From a bacterium (GTDB lineage Bacteria > UBA8248): DNA of 64,000 nt. This document shows, piece after piece, positions 39,612 through 49,068 of the stretch. The position numbers and the translations under genes were made by a program. Below the pieces are notes generated by a model. That model was not told the DNA's origin and ran no database searches. It worked only from the letters and a program-made list of their open reading frames with translations. How positions within the stretch are numbered: position 1 is the stretch's first letter; each line of letters opens with the position of its first letter. The DNA is taken from contig OZ244799.1 of NCBI GenBank assembly GCA_965219955.1, positions 2,176,001 to 2,240,000 of the forward strand. The letters run 5' to 3'.

Positions 39612-40601
39612 TTGGCCAAGCCCAAGCTGTTCCGAAAAGACCATCTCATCGATTCGCACGACGAAGGCATCAAGCTGCACCTGAGAGAGAAAAAACCGCG
39701 CGGGATGCACAAATCCGAAGCGGCGGGTACGCTGCTCATGGTGCACGGGCAGAGCACCCCCGCCCCCGTCGCCTTCGATCTCCCCTTGCCCGGCTACTCC
39801 TGGATGGACTTCGCCGCCGCGCGCGGCTTTCACTCCTACGCGCTGTGCATCCGGGGCTACGGGCCTTCCACGCGGCCGCCGGAAATGCTGAGAAGCCCCG
39901 CCGGCCAGCCACCGGCCGTGCGGGGAATCACCGCCGTGCGTGACATTGATGCCGCCGTGCGGTTCATCTGCGGGCAAAACGGCATCAATAAGCTGAACCT
40001 GCTCGGCTGGTCGTGGGGCACGACCACCACGGCCGCCTTCACCGCCGGAAAGCAAGCTCGCGTCCGCCGCCTCGCGCTCTATGCGCCCTTTTATGCATAC
40101 GACAACCCCCAGGCTGCGGCCCTCTGGGAAGACCCGGCGCGCCCAGGCCGCTGGGACCCCCGCAAGGGGGCATGGCGCTGGGTCACGGAGAGCTATCAGC
40201 GCGAGCGCTGGGACGGGAGCATCCCCAGGGGGCAGCACGCGAAATGGCGAACCGAAAAAGCCATCAAACGCTTCTGGAGCGAGCAGCAGAAATTCGACCC
40301 CGAAGGGGCGAAGCGAAGAGTCCCCGCAGTCCGCGTGCCCAACGGCGCGATGGCGGACAGCTACGACCGCGCGCGCAACAAGCCGCTCTACGACGCCGGC
40401 AGAATCACCTGCCCGGTCCTCACCATCCGGGGAGACCACGACAGAAGCTCGACCGACCCCGTCTTCGCCGCCGTCTACCGCGCGCTGGTGAACAGCCGCG
40501 GGAAGCGCTCCGTCACGCTGGGAGACGCCACGCACTTCGCCCAGTACGAATGGTGCCGCGAGGCTCTGTATAACGAAGTTCAGAATTTCCTGGAGGGTTG
40601 A
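39612..40601 (+). CDS. Alpha/beta-hydrolase fold protein
   Basis: LMVHG, RGYG, nucleophile elbow GWSWG, RGDHD and ATH; TTG start after GGAG. Confidence 0.88.
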   Translation: MAKPKLFRKDHLIDSHDEGIKLHLREKKPRGMHKSEAAGTLLMVHGQSTPAPVAFDLPLPGYSWMDFAAARGFHSYALCIRGYGPSTRPPEMLRSPAGQPPAVRGITAVRDIDAAVRFICGQNGINKLNLLGWSWGTTTTAAFTAGKQARVRRLALYAPFYAYDNPQAAALWEDPARPGRWDPRKGAWRWVTESYQRERWDGSIPRGQHAKWRTEKAIKRFWSEQQKFDPEGAKRRVPAVRVPNGAMADSYDRARNKPLYDAGRITCPVLTIRGDHDRSSTDPVFAAVYRALVNSRGKRSVTLGDATHFAQYEWCREALYNEVQNFLEG

Positions 40602-40636
40602 GACAAGAGAACGAAGCAAAGTTGATAATCATAAGT

Positions 40637-41167
40637 TCAATACCGAACCCTTAAAAACCTAACACCGACTTTTTCACAAGCCTTCATGATTCTGTATTCA
40701 TATTTTCCCAATTTTCCATCTCTATCATAGATAACCACAACAGGTTCTTTTCCAGTCAGAACGGAAAAGAAAACAGCCTGTTGCAAACTATCGAGACTGC
40801 TTCTTTTATCTAAACCGCCCTCGTAAACAGAATCCGAGGTCTCACAATCTACTTTCACATAACCCTTGGGATATTGATGACGAGTCTCGGTAACACCACC
40901 AACGCTGGCGCAAAAGATTCTATTGTATTCGTCTTCACTCATTTTCTTTGTTTTTGATTTTACAGGTCGTTCAGGGCTTCTTTCACGGGGAGATAAAGCA
41001 GGGGGAGAAAAACCAGGGCTTCGATGGCAATGTCTTATTCCTGTTCTCCGATTATAATGACAACCGTCTGCGGCTAAGCCACCACCATGCGCAAATGAAA
41101 AATCGGGGATTGCAATTAGGGCTAGAACCATAATTCCGAAAAAGAGTACCGCCAGGAGCCATCTCAC
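40637..41167 (-). CDS. Secreted YHYH-domain protein with a C-terminal possible PD-(D/E)XK-like domain
   Basis: Signal-like N-terminus, then AHGGGLAADGCHYNRRTGIRHCH. AT-rich relative to its neighbours. Start codon uncertain. Confidence 0.7.
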   Translation of the reverse strand: MRWLLAVLFFGIMVLALIAIPDFSFAHGGGLAADGCHYNRRTGIRHCHRSPGFSPPALSPRERSPERPVKSKTKKMSEDEYNRIFCASVGGVTETRHQYPKGYVKVDCETSDSVYEGGLDKRSSLDSLQQAVFFSVLTGKEPVVVIYDRDGKLGKYEYRIMKACEKVGVRFLRVRY

Positions 41168-41443
41168 CTCTACCCTCCTCGTATGGGTAAAGTTGGAAAC
41201 ACCATGCGCCGTCTTGAATTGGGTCGTGTTGCGGCACAAACATGGCGTTGGGAGAAATTCTAGTGGATTCAACGATGGGAAATAAAAAAAGTGTCGAAAC
41301 CCGAGAATCTAGAAACTCAGTTTCTCTCCACCTCCTTCATCTGGGCGGCCTTTCCTTTGTGTTCTCACAAGTGTAACTTTTGAAAAACCTGACATGCGAC
41401 CCCTGCGAAGATCGATCCCCACAGAAGAGAATCCCGAATCCAG

Positions 41444-41510
41444 ACCCTCAAGGGGGGAGTGATTCTTCCTCTTTCATCAGTTGCCTATGACCCTCAAGAG
41501 GGAGTCATTT
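41444..41510. repeat. Partial copy of the CTCAAGGGGGGAGTG repeat family
   Basis: CCCTCAAGGGGGGAGTGATTC...TCAGTTGCC.ATGAC.CTCAAG.GGGAGT closely matches ~3007-3065. Confidence 0.75.
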
Positions 41511-41545
41511 CATAAACTCACGTCGATTGAGAAATTCCCTCTCTG

Positions 41546-42433
41546 TTATTGGGGAGTATTTTCAAAGGCCCCGAAAGCGCCGGCGACATTGTCCTTATTG
41601 AAGGTCCCGCCCACTTCTTCGTGATTCGACCCGTAGAAAAGTCCGTGGATATTCCCCGTGTCGAAAGTACCGTCGGCGCGAACGGCAATATCGTCCCATG
41701 TGATGTCGGAAAGCGCGCCACCCGTTTCTCGATTCGAGATGTTCGTGAAGGAAACGTCCATCTGGGCGCCTCCGGGATTCGCCGCCCTGAACTCGAGCGT
41801 CGCGTCTCCTTCCACGCCGTTCCCCCGGGCACCTCCTTCCGCCGTGATTACGCCGAGCATGACGCCGCTGTAGGTGGCGTCCGCGGCGGGATGCGTTCCG
41901 GTGGCGTTGCCGACCGAAAGCCCCGTGCCGAAACCGGCCGAGGGGATGTTTGGACCGGAATAATTTCCCCAGGCCGCGAGGAAAAAGTTATGGACCATCC
42001 AGCCGCCATAGGCCGTGGCGCTGACGTTGCTGTCCTCCCCCAATGCGAAGGTGACGGAGCCGCCATAGACGGGGACGCCGTTCCTCGTGAGGATGAGCTT
42101 CGCCGCCTGTCTCAGATCTTCTATGTCAGACGTATCGGTATCCTGGATATCCTGCAGGGATACGGGCTCACTGATACCCGTATTCGGTTCCGTTAACGTG
42201 CAGGTTGGCCCCTCACAATCCGTTTCGAGCGTCGATTCCACGGGCGGCAGCCCCGGGACGGCTTGAACGAGAAGGTAACTGTTGCTGATGGAGAGCGCCG
42301 CATTCTCACTCAGCACGACGCCTTCGGTGGAGCCGGTCTCCGGCATGGTGGCGGGGGGTTCTGATTTTTTATCATCGCCGCCACATCCGAAAAGAAGAAT
42401 CGTCGTTAAGAGAATCGTAAGGGTTCGTCCCAT
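41546..42433 (-). CDS. Lipoprotein with a TbpB/HpuA-like C-terminal beta-barrel
   Basis: Lipobox LLFG-C, flexible linker, ATYSG and terminal G.FYG.NHEEVGGTF...GAFGA. Confidence 0.75.
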   Translation of the reverse strand: MGRTLTILLTTILLFGCGGDDKKSEPPATMPETGSTEGVVLSENAALSISNSYLLVQAVPGLPPVESTLETDCEGPTCTLTEPNTGISEPVSLQDIQDTDTSDIEDLRQAAKLILTRNGVPVYGGSVTFALGEDSNVSATAYGGWMVHNFFLAAWGNYSGPNIPSAGFGTGLSVGNATGTHPAADATYSGVMLGVITAEGGARGNGVEGDATLEFRAANPGGAQMDVSFTNISNRETGGALSDITWDDIAVRADGTFDTGNIHGLFYGSNHEEVGGTFNKDNVAGAFGAFENTPQ

Positions 42434-42589
42434 TTCACATCCCCTTTCAGTAAGGGTTCATGCCGAAGCAGAGCGCGCTTCAGCCACGTCCCTTCCAGTG
42501 CGGTATGTGATGGGCGGAAATGTTGCAGAATCAACGGCGAAGAATATAAAGAGTACGTCGAGGCCCGAAAACGGAGGTTCCGCTTCTAC

Positions 42590-42937
42590 CTACCTCCAGC
42601 GACGCTCTTTCACCTGGGCGGCCTTGCCCATGCGATCTCTCAGGTAGTAGAGCTTCGCGCGGCGCACGCGGCCTCTTCGGGTAACTTCTATCTTGTCGAC
42701 TCTCGGGGAATGCACCGGGAAGATGCGCTCCACCCCGATTCCGTATGAGAGTTTTCTGACGCAGAATCGCTCGCGAAGCCCGCCGCCCTGCCTGCCGATG
42801 ACGGTGCCCTCGAACACCTGGATGCGCTCCTTGTCACCCTCGACGATTTTCACGTGAACGCGCACCGTATCTCCCGGCTCGAAATCGGGAACGTCCTTGC
42901 GCATGCCCTCGCGCTCAATTTTGTCAATAATGTTCAC
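42590..42937 (-). CDS. rplS: 50S ribosomal protein L19
   Basis: [24 protein letters not shown] and RRAKLYYLR motifs. Confidence 0.99.
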   Translation of the reverse strand: MNIIDKIEREGMRKDVPDFEPGDTVRVHVKIVEGDKERIQVFEGTVIGRQGGGLRERFCVRKLSYGIGVERIFPVHSPRVDKIEVTRRGRVRRAKLYYLRDRMGKAAQVKERRWR

Positions 42938-42967
42938 CTGCCTGCTCCTTGTCCTGAAAAACCGGCA

Positions 42968-43540
42968 CTATACCTCTCTTTTGCCGAAAATGCGATCCAC
43001 CACAATTGCCGCAGCACCACGAACCGAGAGATGGTTGAATCCCGTATCGGCCTGCGCCTCCACGGGAAGCAAAACCACGTCGGACATCTCCAGAACCTCA
43101 TCCGCGAAACCCCAGCTCGTGCCGAACAAAATGACGTGCGGGACGTCTATTTCCTTCATCTCGCCGCGCAGCGCTTCATACCCCACGGCACCGGGCGCCC
43201 GCCTGGCCGTCGTGGCAACGCATCGCGGCCTTTTCGATTCCTTGCGTTCCACCTCCTCGATGAGCGCATCCAGGGACGGCAGAACTTCGAGGAATTCAAG
43301 CGTCTCGCCCCTTTGCGGGTGCAGCGTGCGGCCCGGTCCCTCCGTAAAATGACCTATCACCCGCTCGACGAACGCCCGCTGCGGAGCAGAAGGATGTACC
43401 ACAAATACGCCCGAGACGCCATAGGTGCGGCCCACGCGGGCGAGATCGTGCAAATCGAGGCTTGTAACGGAAGAAGTCACCACGCCGCCCGCGCGATTGA
43501 GCACCGGATGGTGAATCAGCGCGAGATAGACGTTGCCCAA
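42968..43540 (-). CDS. TrmD-associated SPOUT RNA methyltransferase
   Basis: YLALIHHPV, DLHDLARVGRTYG and FNHLSVRGAAAIVVDR motifs; follows trmD. Confidence 0.88.
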   Translation of the reverse strand: MGNVYLALIHHPVLNRAGGVVTSSVTSLDLHDLARVGRTYGVSGVFVVHPSAPQRAFVERVIGHFTEGPGRTLHPQRGETLEFLEVLPSLDALIEEVERKESKRPRCVATTARRAPGAVGYEALRGEMKEIDVPHVILFGTSWGFADEVLEMSDVVLLPVEAQADTGFNHLSVRGAAAIVVDRIFGKREV

Positions 43541-43555
43541 TACCCCGCAGCCCTT

Positions 43556-44284
43556 CTAGGTCCGTGAAGATTCCAGAAGGCGCAAATCTTCATCGCTCAA
43601 ATCGGCCCGCTCGAACAAATCCTTGCGCCTCTCCCGCGTTCTTTGGAGCGCCTGGCGCCTTCTCCAGAGGCGAACCGCCTCGTGATCGCCGGATAAAAGC
43701 ACGTCCGGCGCGCGAACCCCCTCGAACTCCGCCGGCCGCGTGTAGTGGGGGTGATCGAGAAGGCCGTCGGTGAAGCTGTCCTGAGCGGCGGAAGCATCGT
43801 TGCCCAGGACGCCGGGGATGAGCCTGCCGACGGCGTCGACCACGGCCATGGCCGGAATCTCTCCTCCCGAGAGTACGTAATCGCCGACCGATATCTCTTC
43901 ATCCACGCACAACTCGCTCACCCGCTCGTCCACGCCCTCATACCTTCCGCAGATGAGCAGCAGCCGCGGCGCCTCCGAGAACCTGCGGGCCGTCGCCTGA
44001 TCGAACAGCCGCCCCTGCGGCGTGAGCAGGACCTTGAGCGGTTCTGCATCCGCGTCTTCGCGAATCGCCCGGACGCCCTTTACGATGGGTTCGGGCTTCA
44101 TCACCATGCCCGCCCCCCCGCCGAAGGGCGCGTCGTCGGTCTGCTGGTATTTCCCCTCGGCGAAATCGCGCAGGTTCCAGACCTTGAATTCGAGAACGCC
44201 CCCCTCGACCGCACGTCCCACGACACCCTCCCGGAACGCCTCTTCCACCATGCGGGGCAGCACGGAAAGAACGTCGATGCGCAT
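43556..44284 (-). CDS. trmD: tRNA (guanine-N1)-methyltransferase
   Basis: DDAPFGGGAGMVMK, CGRYEGVDER and GDYVLSGGE motifs. Confidence 0.98.
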   Translation of the reverse strand: MRIDVLSVLPRMVEEAFREGVVGRAVEGGVLEFKVWNLRDFAEGKYQQTDDAPFGGGAGMVMKPEPIVKGVRAIREDADAEPLKVLLTPQGRLFDQATARRFSEAPRLLLICGRYEGVDERVSELCVDEEISVGDYVLSGGEIPAMAVVDAVGRLIPGVLGNDASAAQDSFTDGLLDHPHYTRPAEFEGVRAPDVLLSGDHEAVRLWRRRQALQRTRERRKDLFERADLSDEDLRLLESSRT

Positions 44285-44293
44285 GAGACCTCC

Positions 44294-44800
44294 TCAATCC
44301 TCGTCATCGAATTTTGGCAACCGGAAAATCCAGCGATCCCCCTCGCGCCTCAACACGACCTCGCGCGTTGCGGGCGCGAGCAACTCCCCGCCTCCCGGCG
44401 TGCGGATGACGATGACGTCGTTTCCACCGGCTCCGAACATGTCCACCACGCGCCCGAGAGAGCTTCCCTCCTCGTCGATGATTTCGCAGCCTTCGAAGTC
44501 CTCGAAATAGAGAACCCCCTCATCGGGGCCGTCGAGGAATTTCCTGTCCGCCAAAAAAATCGTCCCCCGCAGCGCCTCGGCGTCTTCGGGGGTATCGATT
44601 CCCGTGAATTTCCAGACGACGGCTCCCTTGCCGCCCTGGTGGCAGGCCGCCACTTCGAACCTCTTCACGGGCTCATCTTGAGCGAACACTTCTTCGATTC
44701 GCCCGTAGACGCCCGCGTCGTCGAGCCAGGGTTCCACCCGAACGGCTCCCTTGATGCCGTGCGGCCTGAGCGCGACGCCCACGGCCACCTTGCCGCTCAC
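44294..44800 (-). CDS. rimM: Ribosome maturation factor RimM
   Basis: PHGIKGAVRV, AEALRG and GGNDV motifs; lies between rpsP and trmD. Confidence 0.92.
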   Translation of the reverse strand: MSGKVAVGVALRPHGIKGAVRVEPWLDDAGVYGRIEEVFAQDEPVKRFEVAACHQGGKGAVVWKFTGIDTPEDAEALRGTIFLADRKFLDGPDEGVLYFEDFEGCEIIDEEGSSLGRVVDMFGAGGNDVIVIRTPGGGELLAPATREVVLRREGDRWIFRLPKFDDED

Positions 44801-44809
44801 GGGGTTTCC

Positions 44810-45055
44810 CTAATCGTTGATGCCCGCCCTGTCGAGAAGGTTCCTGACCGTCCGGGTCGGGATGGCGCCCTTCTCCATCCAGGCCTTCGCCTTCTCGAGA
44901 TCGATATGAACGAATGCGGGGTCCTGCGACGGGTCGTAGCGGCCGATGCTCTCGATGAAACGACCATCGCGCGGCATGCGCTCATCCTGGACGACGACGC
45001 GGTAGCGCGGCGCTTTTTTCATACCCCCGCGGGCAAGTCTGATTTTTACGGCCAA
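44810..45055 (-). CDS. rpsP: 30S ribosomal protein S16
   Basis: [27 protein letters not shown] motif. Confidence 0.98.
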   Translation of the reverse strand: MAVKIRLARGGMKKAPRYRVVVQDERMPRDGRFIESIGRYDPSQDPAFVHIDLEKAKAWMEKGAIPTRTVRNLLDRAGIND

Positions 45056-45066
45056 AGTCTCTCTCC

Positions 45067-46401
45067 CTAGAAATTAAGCATCTGACGCATTCTCTGCATC
45101 TGTTTTTTCTTGCCGCCCTTTGAAAATTGCTTCATCAGTTTCTGTGTCTGCGCGAATTGCTTGAGCAGCCGGTTCACGTCCTGCACCCGGGTTCCGCTCC
45201 CGGCGGCGATGCGCTTTCTTCGGCTGCCCTTGATGATCTCGGGCTTCGTGCGCTCGGCCGGCGTCATCGAATCGATGATGGCCACCGTGCGCGTGAGTTC
45301 TGTCTCGTCGATATCCACGTCGGGCATCCTGTTTCCCAGCCCCGGTATCATGGACAGGACATCGCCCATCGAGCCCATTTTCCGCATCTGGAGGATCTGC
45401 TCCTTCATCGTCACCAGGGTGAAATTTCCCTTGCCCAGGGATTCCACCATGGATTGCGCGTCATCGGGGGAGATGGCGGCTTCGGCCTTCTCGATGAGGG
45501 ACATGACGTCCCCCATGCCCAGGATGCGCGAGGCCATTCTCTCGGGGTGAAACTCCTCGAGCGCGTCGAGCTTCTCGCCCACCCCGGCCATCTTGACGGG
45601 CACACCCGTCACCGAACGGAGCGAAAGCGCGCCGCCGCCCCTGGCGTCGCCGTCGAGCTTCGTCAGCACGACGCCCGTAATGCCGATTCGCTCGGAAAAC
45701 GCGGCGCCCAAGTTCACCGCTTCCTGGCCCGTCATGGCGTCCGCGACCAGGAGCACCTCATCGGGGCGCGCCGCTTCTTTCATCCGCTTCAACTCGTCCA
45801 TCAAGGTGTCGTCTACGTGCAGCCTGCCCGCGCTGTCCACGATGCAGTAATCGAAATGCTCGAACCGGGCTCTTTCACCTGCCCGCCGGACGATTTCCAC
45901 AGGGTCCGGCACCCCTTCCGAATCGAACGCTTCGGCGCCCGTCTGCTCGGCCAGCCTCTTGAGCTGGGTGATGGCGGCGGGCCGCGCGACGTCCGCAGGG
46001 ACAAGAAGAACGCGCAATCCCTTGCCTTTGAGCTTCAGGGCGATCTTGCCGGCCGTCGTCGTTTTTCCCGAACCCTGCAGACCGACGAGCATCACGGTGG
46101 TGACGCCGCTCGCGGCGCGCTCGAGCGGAGCGCTCTTCGCCCCCATGAGTTCCGTGAGACGCGCCTGGACCGCCTTGATGACCTGCTGGGAAGGGTCCAG
46201 GTGCGCGACGCGCTCGGCGCCGACCAGATCCTCGCGGATTTTCGCCACCAGATCCTTGGCGACCCGGAAGTTCACGTCGGCTTCGAGAAGCGCCAGGCGA
46301 ATCTCGCGAAGCGCGGAATCGACCTCTTTTTCTCCCAAAACGCCCCGGCTTCTCAAATCCTTGAAGATCCCGCCCAGACGCTCTTTCAAGCCGTCAAACA
46401 T
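45067..46401 (-). CDS. ffh: Signal recognition particle protein
   Basis: [24 protein letters not shown] and M domain; start MFDGLK at 46401. Confidence 0.98.
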   Translation of the reverse strand: MFDGLKERLGGIFKDLRSRGVLGEKEVDSALREIRLALLEADVNFRVAKDLVAKIREDLVGAERVAHLDPSQQVIKAVQARLTELMGAKSAPLERAASGVTTVMLVGLQGSGKTTTAGKIALKLKGKGLRVLLVPADVARPAAITQLKRLAEQTGAEAFDSEGVPDPVEIVRRAGERARFEHFDYCIVDSAGRLHVDDTLMDELKRMKEAARPDEVLLVADAMTGQEAVNLGAAFSERIGITGVVLTKLDGDARGGGALSLRSVTGVPVKMAGVGEKLDALEEFHPERMASRILGMGDVMSLIEKAEAAISPDDAQSMVESLGKGNFTLVTMKEQILQMRKMGSMGDVLSMIPGLGNRMPDVDIDETELTRTVAIIDSMTPAERTKPEIIKGSRRKRIAAGSGTRVQDVNRLLKQFAQTQKLMKQFSKGGKKKQMQRMRQMLNF

Positions 46402-46473
46402 CGAACACCCCAACTGATTGATATTCAATATGTTTTCGATTTTCCGCCCGCAAGGCCGGGTGAGGAAACCCAA

Positions 46474-46503
46474 CTTATAAGGATTTTATGCGGCGAGTGT
46501 CAA
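46474..46503 (-). promoter_or_regulatory. Probable sigma70 promoter of the ffh-rplS operon
   Basis: Minus strand TTGACA-N18-TATAAG. Confidence 0.55.
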
Positions 46504-46528
46504 CCACGTGTGGATGGGGCGGCCACTC

Positions 46529-47390
46529 GGGGCTGTTGAAAAAGTGCGATGCGGCGCAATCCTCCTCCCCGTCCTGCGCAGCCCACCGCTGCGCCTCACT
46601 CTGAGTAGCGGCCCCTCGACCTCGCTCGGGGCAGGCTCCGCCGTTCCCCGACACCCCTCACCCTGAGTAGCGGCGAAGCCGCGTATCGAAGGGCGAAATT
46701 CGCGCCCAATGCGAAAGCGATTGCGCCGTACGCCGGGAGACGCCTTTTGCCCCTCCCTCTTCGGTCGGGCCAAACCTTCGATACGAAGCTTTCGCGTCTA
46801 CTCAGGATGAGGGTTTATGGCACCCGCGCGGCAGAAAGAAGGATCGCCGCGTAATCCCCAATACCGCCCCGCTCCCGACGAAGGCTTTTTCAACAATCTC
46901 ACACATGCGTACCTTTGCTTTTGATCGTCATTCCGGCGCAAGCCGGAATCCATTTTCGCCTTCGCCTTTTCGCTTCCTCGCTCGGACGTCTTTACTCCCG
47001 GGCGGGGAAGATTGGAATCGAACACAAAAACGAAAGACGCATTCTCTGAATTCCGCATCCGGCCGCCGTGCAACAACAAGGCCGTGGCTGCCCCACCCGG
47101 TGAAAAATCAAAATGGATTCCGGGCAATCCCTCCCTCCTCGGTCGGCATTGATTGCCGGAATGACGGGCATTGTGATCTCTCAAAGGGATGTTCCCGTAG
47201 GGGCGCTTCGTGAAGCGCCCGTTTCTCCAGGTGGGGCGCTCATGAACGCCCCACGTTCGCGAACGGCCCCTACAAGTTCGTTTCGACACGCGAGAGGTGC
47301 GTAGCAGGGCGACCCCCTGTGGTCGCCCTGCCCCCGTGGTTGTCCTTTGCCGGACAAAAAGGCGGGACAGGCACAGGGGCCTGTCCCTAC
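46529..47390. repeat. Composite repeat cluster: wrapper element, CGTC element and GTAG doublets
   Basis: GGGGCTGTTGAAAAAG (46529) ... CTTTTTCAACAATCTC (46900) encloses CCCTGAGTAG..CGAAGGG / CCTTCGATACG..CTCAGGATGAG hairpins. 46926-47166 is an inverted, diverged copy of 7060-7299. GTAG...CTAC doublets at 47197-47273 and 47301-47390. Confidence 0.88.
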
Positions 47391-47417
47391 AGTTGCAGGG
47401 GTCGTACGCCGGCTTTT

Positions 47418-48095
47418 TCACCCGCCCCGGATGCCGCGTATGGCCTCGGCATAGTCTTCCGCTCCGAACACGGCGGAACCCGCCACCAGTACTTCCGCGC
47501 CCGCCGCGCGTATTTCCGCCGCATTCTCCGGCGTCACGCCGCCGTCGACCTCTATCAGAACCGACAGCCCTCCCGCCTCGATCATCTCTCTCAGGCGGCG
47601 AATCCGCTCAAGGGAGGCCGGAATGAATTTCTGGCCGCCGAATCCCGGATTGACGCTCATGACGAGGACCATGTCCACCTCCGGGAGCAAGCCCTCCACC
47701 GCCGAAAGCGGCGTTCCGGGGTTCAGCGTCAGCCCGACGCCCAGGCCGCGCGCGCGTATGCGCTGCAAGGTGCGGTGGATGTGCCTCGGCGCCTCCACGT
47801 GAACCGTCAGGATGTCCGCGCCCGCATCGGCGAACGCATCGATGTAGCGATCCGGATCCGCGATCATCAAGTGCACGTCGAGCACCATATCGGGCGCGGC
47901 TCGCCTGGCCGCCTCGACGCCCAATGGCCCAACGGAAATGTTCGGCACGAAACGGCCGTCCATCACGTCGAAATGCAGCCAGTCCGCCCCGGCTTCGCGC
48001 ACCGCCGCTATCTCCTCGCCCATCCTCTCGAAAGCGCACGAGAGCAGAGAGGGCGCGACCCGGATTTCGCCGGGCGCCATATCGGGCTTGGGCAT
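47418..48095 (-). CDS. rpe: Ribulose-phosphate 3-epimerase
   Basis: HFDVMDGRFVPN, DVHLM, MSVNPGFGGQ and EVDGG motifs. Confidence 0.97.
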   Translation of the reverse strand: MPKPDMAPGEIRVAPSLLSCAFERMGEEIAAVREAGADWLHFDVMDGRFVPNISVGPLGVEAARRAAPDMVLDVHLMIADPDRYIDAFADAGADILTVHVEAPRHIHRTLQRIRARGLGVGLTLNPGTPLSAVEGLLPEVDMVLVMSVNPGFGGQKFIPASLERIRRLREMIEAGGLSVLIEVDGGVTPENAAEIRAAGAEVLVAGSAVFGAEDYAEAIRGIRGG

Positions 48096-48108
48096 CTTGA
48101 TTCCTTCC

Positions 48109-49068
48109 CTAATGCGTTTGCTCTTCGACCAGACGGCCATCGAGGAATATACGCGCTCTCGCAGCTCCCTTCACCCGCACGAGCAGGTGAATCTCTTCGC
48201 CCGCGCTCACTTCGCGGGAGAGCGCCTCGCGCGTCTCGCCGTTTGATTCGAGTTCCACGCGCAGCGCGCGCCTGGGTTTTCCGTGCGGCACGCGGTAGCG
48301 CAGGACGATGAAATTTCCCGCCATCTGGTCCGCGCCGCGCGCCACGTCCACGTGCACCCGATGGCCCGCCAGAACGCGCCGCCCGTGCGGCGGAATCTGC
48401 GAAACGATGGAGGCCCTGAGCGACCCCGGGCGGTCCACGTAGCGCACGCGCCCGACCGTCAGGCCAAGCGCGCGAACCTTGTCGAGGGCGCTGTTGACGG
48501 GCTCTCCAATGAGCGAAGGCATGACGTAGGCCCGTTCACGGGGGCCCTGGCTGACGAAGAGAATCACGCCCTCTCCCCGCCTGATGTTTTCCCCCTCATT
48601 CGGCCAAACGCTCAAAACCTGATCGATGGGACGTTCGGGATCATACAATCGCTCCACCAGCCGGACGCGAAGACCCTCCAGGCGGATGAGGCTCTCCGCC
48701 CGGATCAGGTTCTTGCCCACCACCGCAGGCACGGCCACGTCCCGCCGGCCCTTGCTGAGAACGAGCGATACGCTTCTTCCCTTGCGTATGCGGCGTCCAC
48801 CGGGAGGATTCTGGCTGACGACGTGGTTCATGGACACGGCATCGCTGAAGGCGCGCCCGGTGACCTGCATGGGTATTCCCTTCTCCCCCAGCATCTCAAG
48901 CGCGCGAACCACGTCGAGGCCCACGACCCGGGGCAGAAAGACACCCTCTCCTCCCCTGAAGACGTAAAGGCCCGCAGCGCCCCCGGCGCCGCCCAAGGCG
49001 ACCAGGAACACGAACCAGAATATGCCCTTCAGTATCCCTGTCAGCAATTTCCGCCCTCTTTGCGCCAA
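48109..49068 (-). CDS. Membrane-anchored protein with three PASTA domains
   Basis: One TM helix, then three repeats beginning LPRVVG / VPAVVG / MPSLIG with SQ.P..G motifs. Confidence 0.85.
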   Translation of the reverse strand: MAQRGRKLLTGILKGIFWFVFLVALGGAGGAAGLYVFRGGEGVFLPRVVGLDVVRALEMLGEKGIPMQVTGRAFSDAVSMNHVVSQNPPGGRRIRKGRSVSLVLSKGRRDVAVPAVVGKNLIRAESLIRLEGLRVRLVERLYDPERPIDQVLSVWPNEGENIRRGEGVILFVSQGPRERAYVMPSLIGEPVNSALDKVRALGLTVGRVRYVDRPGSLRASIVSQIPPHGRRVLAGHRVHVDVARGADQMAGNFIVLRYRVPHGKPRRALRVELESNGETREALSREVSAGEEIHLLVRVKGAARARIFLDGRLVEEQTH

